This document shows, one piece after another, positions 25,796 through 39,319 of a DNA stretch of 64,000 nucleotides. The DNA lies in contig JAPETS010000041.1 in assembly GCA_026023565.1 (NCBI GenBank), positions 124,001 through 188,000 of the forward strand, written 5' to 3'. The translations under genes and the position numbers were made by a program. Below the pieces are notes generated by a model, which saw only the letters and a list, made by a program, of their open reading frames with translations, was not told the DNA's origin and did no database searches. Each line of letters begins with the position of its first letter. Position 1 is the stretch's first letter. The stretch comes from Cirrosporium novae-zelandiae (lineage: Eukaryota).

Positions 25796-28065
25796 ATGTT
25801 TCCTTCAAGATTGGCAAGAGTTGTAAGTTTTTCAACCCTCAATTTCATCCCATACATTTTTAACACTTTTGCCGCAGCTTCCCCGAGCTCCCAAAGCGCC
25901 ATTTTCTGCCTTCCGCCAATCCCCAATCCGCTCTCCAATCGCATCGCGGTTTGTAAGATGGAACTCAAGTGAGGGCGATGGTAAGGTGAAAGGACAGGTT
26001 ATTGGTATCGACTTAGGTATAGTCCTCTAATTCCCTAGTTTGGAAGATATAATTTCTATTTTCCCCACTTCATCACTAATTCTATTTAGGTACAACCAAC
26101 TCAGCGGTGGCTGTAATGGAGGGTAAAACCCCAAGAATCATTGAGAATTCTGAAGGTCAGAATCTGCCAGAATCTGCAATTTTTTAATGTAATTAACTCA
26201 TTCGGGGGTAGGTGATCGAACAACTCCTTCAGTTGTCGCATTCACACAAGATGGGGAGAGGCTTGTTGGCATATCAGCGAAGCGCCAAGCAGTTGTCAAT
26301 CCAGAAAATACTCTTTTCGCAACAAAGCGTCTGATCGGTAGAAAGTTCACTGATCCAGAATGCCAGCGCGATTTGAAAGAGGTGCCATACAAAATTGTGC
26401 CACATAGCAATGGTGATGCATGGGTTGAAGCGCGGGGAAACAAGTATTCACCATCTCAGATCGGGGGTTTTGTCTTGCAGAAGATGAAGGAGACTGCTGA
26501 ATCCTACCTTGGGAGACCTGTGAAGAACGGTGTAGTCACCGTGCCAGCATATTTCAACGACTCTCAGCGTCAAGCAACTAAGGATGCTGGCCAGATTGCT
26601 GGACTTAACGTTCTCCGTGTTGTGAACGAGCCAACTGCTGCTGCACTTGCTTACGGTCTCGAGAAATCTGACGATCGCGTCATCGCTGTCTATGATCTTG
26701 GTGGTGGTACTTTCGATATCTCCATTCTCGAGATCCAGAAGGGTGTTTTCGAAGTTAAGTCCACTAATGGTGATACCCATCTTGGTGGTGAAGACTTTGA
26801 TATCACATTGGTCAGGTATATCTTACAACAATTCAAAAAGGTACTTATTCTACCAAGTTCATTCCAAAGGTGTTATCCAATTAACCAATTGGTTGCAGGA
26901 TCAAGGTATCGACCTCGGCAATGACAGAATGGCAATCCAACGCATCCGCGAGGCTTCAGAAAAGGCCAAGATTGAGCTTTCTTCATCTCTAAGCACAGAT
27001 ATCAATCTTCCCTATATCACGGCCGATGCCTCTGGCGCCAAGCATCTAAACGTCAAGCTTTCTCGTGCCCAGCTTGAGAGTATGGTTGAACCGCTTATCA
27101 CCAAGACCGTTGACCCAGTGCGAAAGGCCCTCAAGGATGCAAACCTTCAAGCCAAGGACATTCAAGAAGTCATTCTGGTTGGTGGCATGACTCGTATGCC
27201 CAAGGTTACAGAAACCGTGAAGAGCATTTTCGGTCGTGATCCAGCCAAATCCGTCAACCCGGATGAGGCGGTTGCTATCGGCGCCGCGATTCAAGGTGCT
27301 GTCCTAGCTGGTGAGGTTATGGATGTCCTGCTTCTTGATGTCACCCCTCTCTCCCTCGGTATTGAAACCCTCGGTGGAGTCTTCACTAGGCTCATCAACA
27401 GAAACACAACCATCCCAACAAAGAAATCACAAGTCTTCTCTACTGCTGCAGACTTTCAGAGTGCTGTCGAGATCAAAGTCTACCAGGGTGAACGTGAGCT
27501 TGTCCGGGACAACAAACTCCTCGGAAACTTCCAATTGGTTGGCATTCCTCCTGCCCAACGTGGCGTGCCACAGATCGAGGTCACATTTGATATCGATGCC
27601 GACTCCATAGTTCACGTTCGCGCCAAGGACAATTCTACCGGAAAAGACCAGTCCATTACCATCGCGTCTGGGTCTGGCCTTTCTGATTCTGAGATCCAAG
27701 GCATGGTTGATGATGCTGCTAAATATAGTGAGCAGGATAAGGAACGAAAGGCTGCTATTGAGTCTGCCAACTCTGCTGAGGCTGTCTTAATCAGCACCGA
27801 GAAGGCTCTCAAGGACTTTGAAGAAAAGATAGATAAAGCCGATGCCGATGCGCTCAAGCAAAAGATCAATGACTTGAGAGAGTTTATCACCAAGAACCAA
27901 AGTGGTGAGGGCACCGCTACTGCTCAGGAAATTAAGGAAAAGACAGATGAACTACAACAAGCCAGTCTACCCGTCTTCAACAAGTTGCACCAAGCACGAC
28001 AGGAGCAGCAGCAATCGACGGAAAGTGAAAAACAGCCAGGGAGTGAGGGTGAGAAGAAGCCTTGA
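25796..28065 (+). CDS. SSC1: Mitochondrial Hsp70; 5 exons
   Basis: Arg/Ser-rich presequence [15 protein letters not shown]...[38 protein letters not shown], no C-terminal EEVD. Confidence 0.95.
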
Positions 28066-28784
28066 GCATCTGCGGATAAAATAAAGTAAAAGCATTAGTA
28101 TTCCCTTTTTGCTCGGAGTCTGCTGCCGAGCCTGTACTCATACATGGAGAAGTTATGTGGTGTTGTGTGTTTTTATGAAACGGCTCTTTTACCGTCTTTA
28201 AATGATGTCTTCCTAGCGATTTACTTGAAAGAAATTTTGGGTGGTGGCGCCATCAAAATGATGGACAGATCCTCTACTGTAATTAAATGCCTTAGGATGC
28301 TCATGGAATTGATGAAACTCTCCTCTCAATGAAATTATGAAAACTATGGATAAGCCGTTCGAGTATCGGATAGACACATGAGAAGGGGAGGGAAATAATA
28401 GGGGCAAAGATTAAAAAGTCCTAGAAAGTAAACATTCACTCATAACAACCTAACCTAAAAATATATCCAATGATTTAGGGCATTCTGGCTTTTCTTGTTA
28501 ATGCAATTTCGATTGTCCAGTATACTGTGTAAATCCATTGCTTGATTCCAAATTGAATACCTTGGACAGCTCTATAACATAAATTTATGTACTCAAGTCC
28601 TATTGACCTCAAATACGCCTTGAGTAAATATCAGGTCTATTTTCAATTCAAGGTATATCAGTATGCTTCATCTAATATTCTCTTCATAGCGTATATCTTC
28701 ATTTGAAAATCCTCTTCGGTTTATATAGTGAGCTTCGCCTCTATAGAGTAGTGGGAGCACTCTCTATTTAGTGCTGTTACCGAT

Positions 28785-29850
28785 ATGGACCCAATTCAAC
28801 CAAGCATTGATGCAGCCCTAGCAGCAACTAGACTACGGCTTACTAGGCTAAAAGATGTGGAACGGAGTTGTATTGAAGTTCGGAAATAGATTTTCGAGAT
28901 GAGACGTATGAAAGAGAGATTCACAGAAAACGTGCAGATGAGGATGAAAAGCTCCTAGCCAAGGGTATGAAGGAGATCGAGGAGTGGAATAAGGAAGTCG
29001 AAACGCATGATACAGAGGAGAGTGTAAGTGGACTGGCTCCTATCCTCAAGCAAAAGGGGCGTCTTCGGGTATTTTCCTCTTGGGCATTCTATCAGCCAGA
29101 TAGTCCTCCATAATTTTTGTATGAAATTTCTAGCTCTATGTCTTTTAGATTTCCAAGGCACTATCCTATAAAAATATTTGCATTGTCGTAGGAAAATTAT
29201 CATAAGAGGAATCCCTAACAACCATAAGATGCCAAAATTAACGCAGACATTAGTTCCTTCTTTTGCTACTCCAAACTAGTTCCTCATTCCACCTCATGGA
29301 TTGAACAAACAGTCTCTATCTCGAATTGTACCAGTATATTAATATTCAGTTAGCCTGGTTGCGTCAACCATACCGAAAGAATCGTCTTATAAAGGAAGAA
29401 AACGCGGGCACTATACTCCTTCACCAAATCAGCGCCAGATCGTTGTGTTTTTTCAGTTACCCACGATATAAAAGGGCGTAATTTATAGAAGCATCAAAAT
29501 GGATATTATGTTTTTCTCGTCTTTGGCGGAGCATGATGCAATAGGCTGGACCTCAAAAGTATTTACGGGCTGAAGTGCATATAACACTGCCCCATAGTAC
29601 CAAATTCGGTGACTATGATGCAGCACCGGAGGATCATAGATTCCGAATTGCCTCAGAACATGTCATCACTGGTCTACAGCCAGCTAAAATGGATACCGAT
29701 ATAGATACAGCTGAGTATATAGACTATGCTACACATATTAAAGCAAGTCTACCCTCGAGTACCAAAACATAGACTATAAAGATGGAGAGAGACATTACTA
29801 CTAATGTCGAGAGTACATTTCAAGATGGCTTAAACAGAGAAGATTTCCGA
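28785..29850 (+). pseudogene. Decayed three-exon gene with a charged coiled-coil N-terminus
   Basis: ATG 28785, donor GTAAGT ~29024, acceptor AG at 29245-29246, donor ~29441, acceptor AG at 29543-29544, all phase 0; four internal stops and one frameshift. Confidence 0.5.
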
Positions 29851-30276
29851 AATAGGAGATAATGACGTTGGAGTGAGAACATTAAATCCTAATTTGCTCA
29901 TCAACATGCATAGTCACGGTATCTTAGAAAAACAATCCTTTTTATATATGACTAAAGATTCTTTGTTAAATAACAAGGACGAAGACAATGAAACAGTATC
30001 AATATATACGCCCACCAAAAAATATAATCTGATAAAAGACATCGAAATTGGCCACTCCTGAATATGCGAAGGTCGTTTATCGAGATAGGGAAAGAAGGAA
30101 ATACTCAAATCTAGGACAATTGTGCAGGGTTACTAAAACCGGAGAATAGAGGGGGCTCTCGCTCATTACTGGTCAAATTAAAATCTCCCGTTATCCTTCA
30201 AGGAAATAGATAGCTTGACATGCATCTGGGACTTGACATGTTCCTACTTTGTTTCAGAGTCACCAATATCTTTCTG

Positions 30277-31272
30277 TCATCCTGCAGCATCAATGTTTTC
30301 TTTGAGCATGCAAATATGAATTATAAATCCTGAACTAGCTTTAAGCTCCTCACTTAGGGGTTCTTCCGACACTCTCCAGACACGAAAATATTTTAAAAAT
30401 TGAGCAAGCCATTTTTCGAATACTTCAGGCGTTCTTAGTTGATGAGCGATAATGCAGACAGTTGGCTTAATATTACTGGCAAACGGCTTTGACTTGCATA
30501 GATCCATACAAGTCTGTGTAAAGGGTGTTATAAGACCCTCGTTATAGATACAATCACAGGCGATGATTATATCAGGGGCTTCCTCTTTCACAAATAAACC
30601 AGAGTCTAACTCCCAATCAAATGCCTTCATTTGAATTTTATCTTGGAAGGATTTTGCTGGATGTAAACTTGACCGGCCCTTTCGTCGAATATTAGTACCC
30701 TTGGATAATTGTACTTGGGCGTTGTTGTCAATATTTTGAGACAGCAGCTTAAAGACATATGGTTGATCTGTTAGTATGTAGCGGCCAACGAATGGAGCCA
30801 ACGTAAGAGCAATCAGGCCTGAGATGCCACAGCCTAGCTCCAAGACTATTGATGACTGGTTCATGACGCCTGCGCGGAAAAGGATATTTTCTGGGGACGA
30901 AATCCATTCTGAAAATCTGGGGGTGACTTTCCATACGACTAGTGCCAGGGTTATATCAGTCAAAGCCACACTGAACCCAACTACCCGTCTTGTAGGGAGA
31001 AGTATGTACCCGCACCAGTTGTGCCCCCAGCTCGATTGGATGACAGGACACCAAGTGATTGACGTATGCTGAAATCCTTTTTCCCAACAGAAATATCCAG
31101 CTCGCTGGATGGGTCCAGGATGCCGAGGCTATGTGAGGGGATATCTTGTGAAAACAGGAGGAAGGACTCTGGCACTTTATTGAGCGGGGAAATCTAGGCA
31201 GGCGTATCTTACTTACTTACCCTCTTCTGCGTCCGTGATTTCTTCGCCTAGAGTAGCGAGAATTTCGTCCAT
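30277..31272 (-). CDS. RKM5: Seven-beta-strand protein lysine methyltransferase (Methyltransf_16, Rkm5-like); 3 exons
   Basis: MDEILATLGEEITDAEE|ESFLLFSQ...QSLGVLSSNRAGGTTGA|VVWKVTP; VLELGCGISG; IIACDCIYNE. Confidence 0.82.
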
Positions 31273-32882
31273 GGTGAATTGAAATGAATGGAGATGTTGA
31301 CAGATAAAGGGTAGTTATTCTCGCTTGATAGATCTACTCCACTCGAATATAGACCTGTGTGTAAATATTGAAAAGGGGTGTATACGGAGAATATATAAAT
31401 ACACTTTGAGGATAATATCCGTGTTGTTATTTTAAAGGTAATGAGACATACCCTTTGAACTACCACAAGAATAAATATCCCGCTAGTTAGAGTTGAATAG
31501 ACCCTAGCGAAAAAAAGAAACCCTTCATCAAGAAATAAGTCTTTTTCGGTGAAACACATGGTGTCATAACAGTACACTCTATAAGAATACGTGATTAAGA
31601 ATATCAAGTAAATTAATTAATCTTTCATTACTTTCTTAAAACTCGATTACCACGTATTGTTGAACGAGTTAATTATTATTCGATAGGTCCAAGGCGAGGG
31701 CTTATCACCCCGCGAAGCCAAGTTTAATGTGATAAGCCACAACCATCTGTATTGGATAGAAGTATCGAGAACTGAAAAAGTGATTAACAGTCTCGAGTCT
31801 CGATCGTTCAATCTACAGCCATGGATGAGTTTTAGATGCCCATTCGAGTCCGCTGACCTACAGCCGCGAAAGTGGAGTCAAATCACGTGTAGTGTCAGTA
31901 AGTACTTGAGTAGTAACAGCAGAAGTACTACCTTACTCTCCGTATGCTCTCAGGTACAAAGTGCGAGGGTGCCTGGAGAGACATCCTAAATAAGGCTTTG
32001 AATTCGTATACAAGAAATAGCTACAAAGTATAGTTACGAGCCAACAGTATCTGAGCGGTGTGCAGACCAAATATTTCTGTGAATGAGTAGGAAAAAAAAA
32101 AGGCTTTGTAAGGCCATGCTTCACAGTGACATGGGTTGATGTTGAGTAGAGGTTTCATAAATCCTGTGTTAGGAGAATGCTAACGGAGTGGAGGGGGGGG
32201 ATTCTCTACCAAACATCTAACAGAATGAGGCCGGATTTATACCTATCATTACCTAGTTTTTACTTTAAAAGATTGAATTCTATATGACCCCTTCTCCTAT
32301 CCGTCCGGTATTAATGATCATGCTTCCTAATACCACAGTAAATAACTCCTAATATCTTAGCAAGCGGAGCATTCGGGGTATTATGGTAGGATCGGTAACT
32401 CCGAAATTCCGTTATCGAATGGATAATTTGTTCAGTTTATTCCCAAAATTTTTAACTGAAGACGCTTGAATTGTGGTGGTGCCAAAGGAAGGCCCGTACT
32501 TGATTTATAAAGAGTTAAAGGGCCTGTATGATGATGCCAAGTGCATCATTTCAGCCTTTCAAGCCTGCGCAAGTCGGTCACTCGGCTTAAGGTCAGAGCT
32601 TCTTCGTTGCCGCAACGCAACCTCTTGTTTCCGCCCACTACCTCGCCCATTTCCCAACAGAAAACCAGCTGTCTACTTGAATCCTTACTGCCTAAATATT
32701 TTCCCATTAGATTCAAATATCCCCATACTCTCCTCGTTCCATTTATTCATCAAGTTTACTTCCAACTGCGAAGAATCTAACTTGCGGCATATCATTTGCC
32801 GCACGCGCCTGCAATCTGTGCTTTTGCATAGTATATCCAACAATTCTATTATTGTTTCTACCTAACAAAAAAATCGTTCACC

Positions 32883-35184
32883 ATGACGAAAACAAGCCAA
32901 CATTTTCTTCCCCGGCTGTTGAAAAAGCCTCCATTTTCTGTGGAGGCTCCCGGCTATGAACCAGTTGAAGGTGAAACAATCCCCCGCAGGAATCCGGCGG
33001 CCAAAGACAAGCTCATCAATACCCCATCTCCTGATCTTCATACCATATTTGACATCATCCGACATCAAGCTGATAAGCTTGGAAATGCGAAGTGTATGGG
33101 TTCGCGGAAGGTCATTAGGACACATCAGGAAATGAAGAAGATCAAGAAGGTTGTAGATGGGCGAGAGCAAGAGGTTGAAAAGAAGTGGACCTATTTCGAG
33201 CTTGGCGAATACAACTATATGAGCTTTATCGAATATGAGAAACTCATACTACAAGTAGGCGCTGGATTTAGGAAACTTGGACTACAGAAAGAGGATAGAG
33301 TACATCTCTTCGCGGCAACAAGGTAAGTTAAAGCCAATTCGTCTCATTTCTGACCAACATTAACATGATATAAGCGCACATTGGCTGGCGACATCTCATG
33401 GTGCTGTTTCCCAGTCTATGCCCATAGTCACTGCGTATGATACTCTCGGAGAGGATGGCTTAAAGCATTCCTTGGTACAGACAAGTGCTAAGGCTATATT
33501 TTGCGAACCTCATTTGCTTCCCGTATTAATTAATCCTCTGAAAGAAGCAAAAGAGATGAAGATTATCATCTATAACACAAGCGAGGATGTCAAGCAAGAA
33601 AACATTGACAAGCTGAAAAGCACGCATGAAGGTCTAACGATAATGAGTTTTGAGGAGTTGAGGAAACTTGGAGAGGATAATCCTGTTGATCCCGTCCCGC
33701 CGTCGCGAGATGACCTCTGTTGTATAATGTATACTTCAGGATCGACTGGACCACCGAAGGGTGTGCCGTTGAAACACAAGGCTGTCCTTGCCGCAAGTGA
33801 GTATAAAACCATCGCTCAATGCTTTATAAGCTAACCGTATCTGCAGTTGCTGGCGTTGATGTGGTCGTGGGCAATTATATTGGCCCTGGGGATGTCCTCC
33901 TTGCATACCTTCCACTAGCACACATTTTGGAATTTGTGTTCGAGAATGCTTGTATCTGGTGGGGTGGTACCATGGGATATGGCAATCCAAAAACGCTATC
34001 CGACGTCTCTGTTCGCAATTGCAAAGGTGATATCCGTGAGCTTAAGCCGAGTGTTATTGTCGGGGTGCCTGCAGTTTGGGAATCAGTTAAAAAAGGTATA
34101 CTTGGTAAAGTGGCTCAGAGCCCCGCCTTGGTTCAGAAGATGTTCTGGGGAGCTCTAGCTACGAAAGAATTCCTATTACGCTGGGGTTTACCTGGATCGG
34201 GTGTTCTTGACTCCTTAGTCTTTAAGAAGATCAAGGATGCAACTGGCGGAAGATTGAGAATTGCCCTTAACGGAGGTGGACCCATTGCAAGAGGCACACA
34301 AAGATTCATCTCCATGTCTATATGCCCTATGATTAGTGGCTATGGATTGACAGAGACATCGGCAATGGGAGCTCTAAACGATCCAATGGCTTGGACTTCT
34401 GACGCTTTAGGTGACCTTCCTGCGTCTATTGAAGTTAAATTAGTTGATTTTCCTGATGCTGGCTACTTTGCAAAGAATAACCCCCCTCAAGGCGAGATCT
34501 GGATTCGTGGTGATAGTGTCACTGAAGGTTACTACGAAAATGAAGAGGAAACTAGAAATGCTATTACTCTTGATGGTTGGTTCAAGACTGGTGACATTGG
34601 AGAATTTGACCACTATGGGCATCTCAAAATTATCGATAGGAAGAAGAACCTTGTGAAAACTCTGAACGGAGAATACATTGCCCTAGAAAAGGTACGCTTA
34701 TGGCATCTACAACTAGTACGGACTTTCAAGTACTAACAATTTCTAGCTTGAATCTGTCTATCGAACGGTCCCTGTTGTTGCCAACATTTGTGTCTATGCT
34801 GCCGAAGACAAGGCGAGACCAATCGCAATTATTGTTCCGGCAGAACCAGCCCTGAAGAAGCTTGCCAAAGAAAACGGCATTGAAGGCCATGGAATTGAAG
34901 ACTTGGCTCATAATGAAAAGCTTGCAGATATTATCCAGCAGCAGCTTTTGGCTGCCGGCAAGAAAGCTGGATTTTCTACCATTGAGTTAATTGATGGTAT
35001 TGTCCTAGCTGATGAAGAATGGACTTCACAAAATGTAAGGCAACCCAAGGTCCTTCTAGATACCAGAAACCTGAAATGACTAACAATGGTACAGGGTATG
35101 ATCACGGCAGCACAAAAGATTCAGCGAAAGCATATCCTCAAAAAATATCAGAAGGAAATTGATAAGGCATATAAAAGGAGATAA
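32883..35184 (+). CDS. FAA1: Long-chain fatty acyl-CoA synthetase (Faa1/Faa4-like); 5 exons
   Basis: IMYTSGSTGPPKGV, YLPLAHILE, GYGLTET, GWFKTGDIGE, IIDRKKNLVKTLNGEYIALEK|LES. Confidence 0.93.
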
Positions 35185-36189
35185 GAAACTCTCTTAGTGA
35201 TGAAGATGGATGATGTGGATAAAGTCAAACCTGATGCTGAAAGCAAAAAGCAAAAAGCAAAAAGCAATCAGGGGATGTCCCTTTGGAATTTCGCTTTTAT
35301 TGTTTCTCGTTTTCGTGTTTTCTTTTCTCAACCCTATCTTCAGTGTCTGCCTACTGAAATTCATTGTGATGCTTTCCTTTGGGGGTTTAAAAGAGACTAG
35401 CGCGGGCGACCTCTGGTTATTGATTAGTAGCAGGGATTCATTTGCTGAAAAATGGCTAATGATAAATATGTGGGGAATGTATTGCATGCATGTTTTGTAC
35501 TGTAGCTTTTGATCAAGTTTCCGAGGTTAGTAATGAATGATGGAGGTGAATGATGATCTGAAAATATCTAGATGCTCGAATGTTCCATCACAAGTAAATG
35601 CATATAGAGTCTAGACTTAACTTACTGATAAAAGACCTCGGAAGGTTGTTGGATTACATTATTTTAGCTATTTTTTTCCCTTTGGCGACGTGGGAGGGAA
35701 GCTAAGGAATTTCATTGTGAGCCTGGCATCCCGTGCACGCCTAGCTATCGGAAGTTAGAAATCTTTAAACTCCAAACACCCATTTCTCCACCCTACCACC
35801 CTCTATTACCTCCTTCACTAGAAGTCATACGACTTATCTCACCTTGAACTGTTCGGACGGATGAATTCAGTAATTCCATTGCTATCAAACCGTCCATTCT
35901 ATCGGCTAATAGAAAAAAAACACCATCTTCAATGACCATTTGATGATCCTCTTCACTTGATCGTTCTGCCTATCTCTCTATGGTCATTAGCCCTATTCAA
36001 AAAAGAAAAAGTAGTTTGCGGTAATAACTAACCACAACGTTGCAGACCTAGAAAGTACCAAGTCTAAATCCCCATTCCAGACCTACCTATACTTGTCTCC
36101 GCTTTCTCCTTACAGCTAAGACTGGACTTTCCTATAATCTCATCCAAAGCTACCTACTTTCAGAATATAATAAAACCACAAGACCCACA

Positions 36190-36408
36190 ATGTCCTTCTG
36201 GAAATCCTATACGAACCTTCCCCCACGCACGCGCCTGATTCTCGGGCTGGGTTTCATGGCTTGGAGCGCAGCTGGAATCATGTTCTCCGATCGTGCGGGA
36301 GAGGCAATTGGTATTGTGCCCTGGAATGCAGCATCCGGGGAAGGAACCAAGAAAGAAGGCAACGAGAGGAAATCGAACTGGGGGATTACAGTTGTGGATA
36401 AGAAATAG
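36190..36408 (+). CDS. Small single-TM hypothetical protein (72 aa)
   Basis: CACAATG start context; MSFWKSYTNLPPRTRLILGLGFMAWSAAGIMFSD: basic N-terminus plus one TM helix. Confidence 0.7.
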   Translation: MSFWKSYTNLPPRTRLILGLGFMAWSAAGIMFSDRAGEAIGIVPWNAASGEGTKKEGNERKSNWGITVVDKK

Positions 36409-39319
36409 AGGTGGACCCCTTTGGTGAGCAGTTGACAGTTTTGATATATGATCGATCTCAGGGGGGTTATCTATCGAACTTAGGGATGCCGGGATATCAG
36501 AGGATGAAGCTGGGAGAAGGGAGTGAGGCGGATAACTATTCGGAGAATCCAGGGAAGGAAGCCCCGCCTGTCATACTAGCCTGACAAGAGAATCTAAGCA
36601 AAGAAAATAGAGGATGCAAAAATTCAGGGCTACAACACACACACACTCACACACACAACTACTACAGGGAAAGAAAAGATCAACAGTGCATATCGCAACA
36701 CAACCACGACCATGATCTTTCCCCTGCCATAGACTCTCTTCGGCGAATTTCTCAAAGGGAGACTAAAAACTAAAAGAAAGGATCAGACCACTTTTTTCCA
36801 ATTCCTTTCGTCAGCTAGCTACCAGCTGAACAATCACTCTGGTTCCGTGCTTGTCTTCCCTGTCATGCCGCTTTGTGCATAGCAAGGCACCTCCCTGCCC
36901 TTCTTTAACCCCTCTTCTTAGAATCTATGGGGTTCAATAAAAACGATATCTTTTATGGTGACGTTATATTCAACAATACCCCAATATCCCTCAGCGCATT
37001 GAAACAAGAGGAACCGGCAACTTTCCGGTACCTAGCTTAACTATATCTATGTATGTACGCATAGAATGCAGTGCAATGTTATGCGAGTAATTTGGTCTGA
37101 TTGTCGTCGCCCCAAGTCGCAAGGGAGAGAGCAATCCCAACCGGACCAGAGAGCTCACGTTGCAATCTCAGGACAATGGTCAACTCGTCGGTGCCGCCGA
37201 GGGCTATGACCTTGGAAACTAGAATCTTAAGTGTACGCATCACGGCAACAACAGCAAAGATAGCTTAGCAAGCTAGAGGGGGAGAGGGGTGATGAAACCT
37301 CCATAGCCAACCACGCAAGAGAAAAGACATCCTCTATTTGGAAGGAGGAAATATCTGACCTAACAAAACAACACCCACAAAAACCGAACCACCCATCAGG
37401 ACCTACCTACCTGAGCTGTCGTGACACCCCCCAAAACCTCGAACCAGTCAAACCACCCCTAAACTCGGGGCATCCGGCAGAAAAAAGAGAAAGAGAGGTT
37501 GTCTTTGTCGCACGTCAAACCTAGGATCGTATGGATTCGTTTCCATAGTCCCGACCGCTTGGACCGACCCTCATTTTTGGCACGAACTCCTCTCTTCCCC
37601 TCGGCTTATTTTTGCCTGCCATTTTTGCTTGCCTGGTGTCCGAGCGGACGAACCGGTTACGCTGGCTGGGGTTGTTGGGCTTTTTTTCGTACTATGTGGG
37701 TGAGTATGTGTGTCTGTGTGTCTGGTGTGTGCGTGTGCGACTGTTACAGATTGATCTTGCAGAGAGTAGATCTGTGCGCACGGCAGGTGTCCTGATTGCC
37801 TTTGCTCTATTGTCAACTGATGGATGAAGGGGTGCAAAAAAAAACATAACACTGGCGGTCCTGTGACAGGATTGAATAATGCGAAGCGAAATGTTAGTCG
37901 GATATTGATGCCTCCACGGTCAGTTTTCCTTGATTTGTGGAGATGGGGGATCTTGGTTCTTGATTCCGTTTTTGGAGGTTTACCTGCTTGTAAATTGTAG
38001 AGGTGGGATGAGATGAGATGGGGGGGGGAAGGTAATTAATGCTCAAGGTTTCTATCAAAGTAACTTTGTTTAAATGTTGTAGAAGGGATTTGTGGCATAC
38101 ACACACACGTATCTAGTACCTAAAAAAAAATAAGCTCTGGAAAAATATAACCCACTTCACAGAAGGAGGACGAGGACGAAGGACGAAGGATGAACATCTT
38201 TCTTTTTTTTTTTTTTCTTCTCTGCGCAAGACCAAATATAGCTACGTTAAAAATTCGGTTTCCATATTTCTTCATCACACGCAACCAACCTACTTTAACT
38301 ACCTAATCAAAACAACAAGTAGTAGAAGTAAAAGATAAAAAAGAGAAGGCAACTAACGCACAGCAGCAGTAGCAACGACAACAACATACACACACATACA
38401 CCACACATAGGCACTCTCACACATTTGCCAGTCTTCTTTCCTCTTCCACTTCCTCCTTCCCACTCCTCCCCTCCCTAGAGAGCACACAAAATACAATATG
38501 CCATCATCAGTCATATTCAATTGTATGTCTCAAGTTAGTGAAGGAGTTACGTATCCCATCCCCCTTAAATCACCCAGGTCAATTATATCAGAAAATTTTG
38601 TTGCCTCCCCCTTCCCACCCCCCCCAATGTCCTATCCGTCCAATGAGTCCCCTTCCTTTGTTGCCTTGGTGATAAATAATGAAAAGAAAAAGAAAATACT
38701 TAGTAGTAGTAAGTTAGAAAAAAAGTTTGTTCCCTTCTCAGGTTTTTACCAAATTCCCCTCGATGATGCCCTTTCTTTGATTGCTCACTACAGATCACGG
38801 CCGTGACATGACATAACCTGTTCGCCTCAAATTCCCCCGATCTTTCCCGAAACCTATTCTTTTTTTGTTTCGCCAGTCCCGTTGCCCCCCTATCCGATCC
38901 TTCCGAGTTCAGCCAGCGCCATCGCCATGTGAAGAGAAATGAAGGGAAGTACTAGAAATTAAAGTTCAAAAAGTCTAAGGTCCAAACAAGAAGCAAAGGT
39001 AGATTTCATAAGGCAGAATGAAGAAAACAAAATTGGAAACAACAATAAACACCCAAAACATAAAATGTCAATAACAATCGCTTGTTCCGTAAACATCGCT
39101 CCGGTCCTCGTCAAATGCTTCTCAAATTGCCGTATAGGGGACCTGTAGTAATCAGGGTATCTCTTCTGATGATGATTCGTGGGCTCGTCAAGTATGATGA
39201 TGGTGATGATGGTGATGATGATGATGATTTAGTAGCGTAGATCTTAAGCAAATGCTACGCTAAACCGAGGTGATTGTATGCCAGCATGGTCTCGTTCGTG
39301 AAAAATAAACAACGTGCCA

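Noticed and set aside
28785..28890. MDPIQ... start resembling a pogo/Fot1 transposase N-terminus
   Set aside because: No HTH or DDE motifs and no TIRs; downstream sequence looks like a spliced coiled-coil gene
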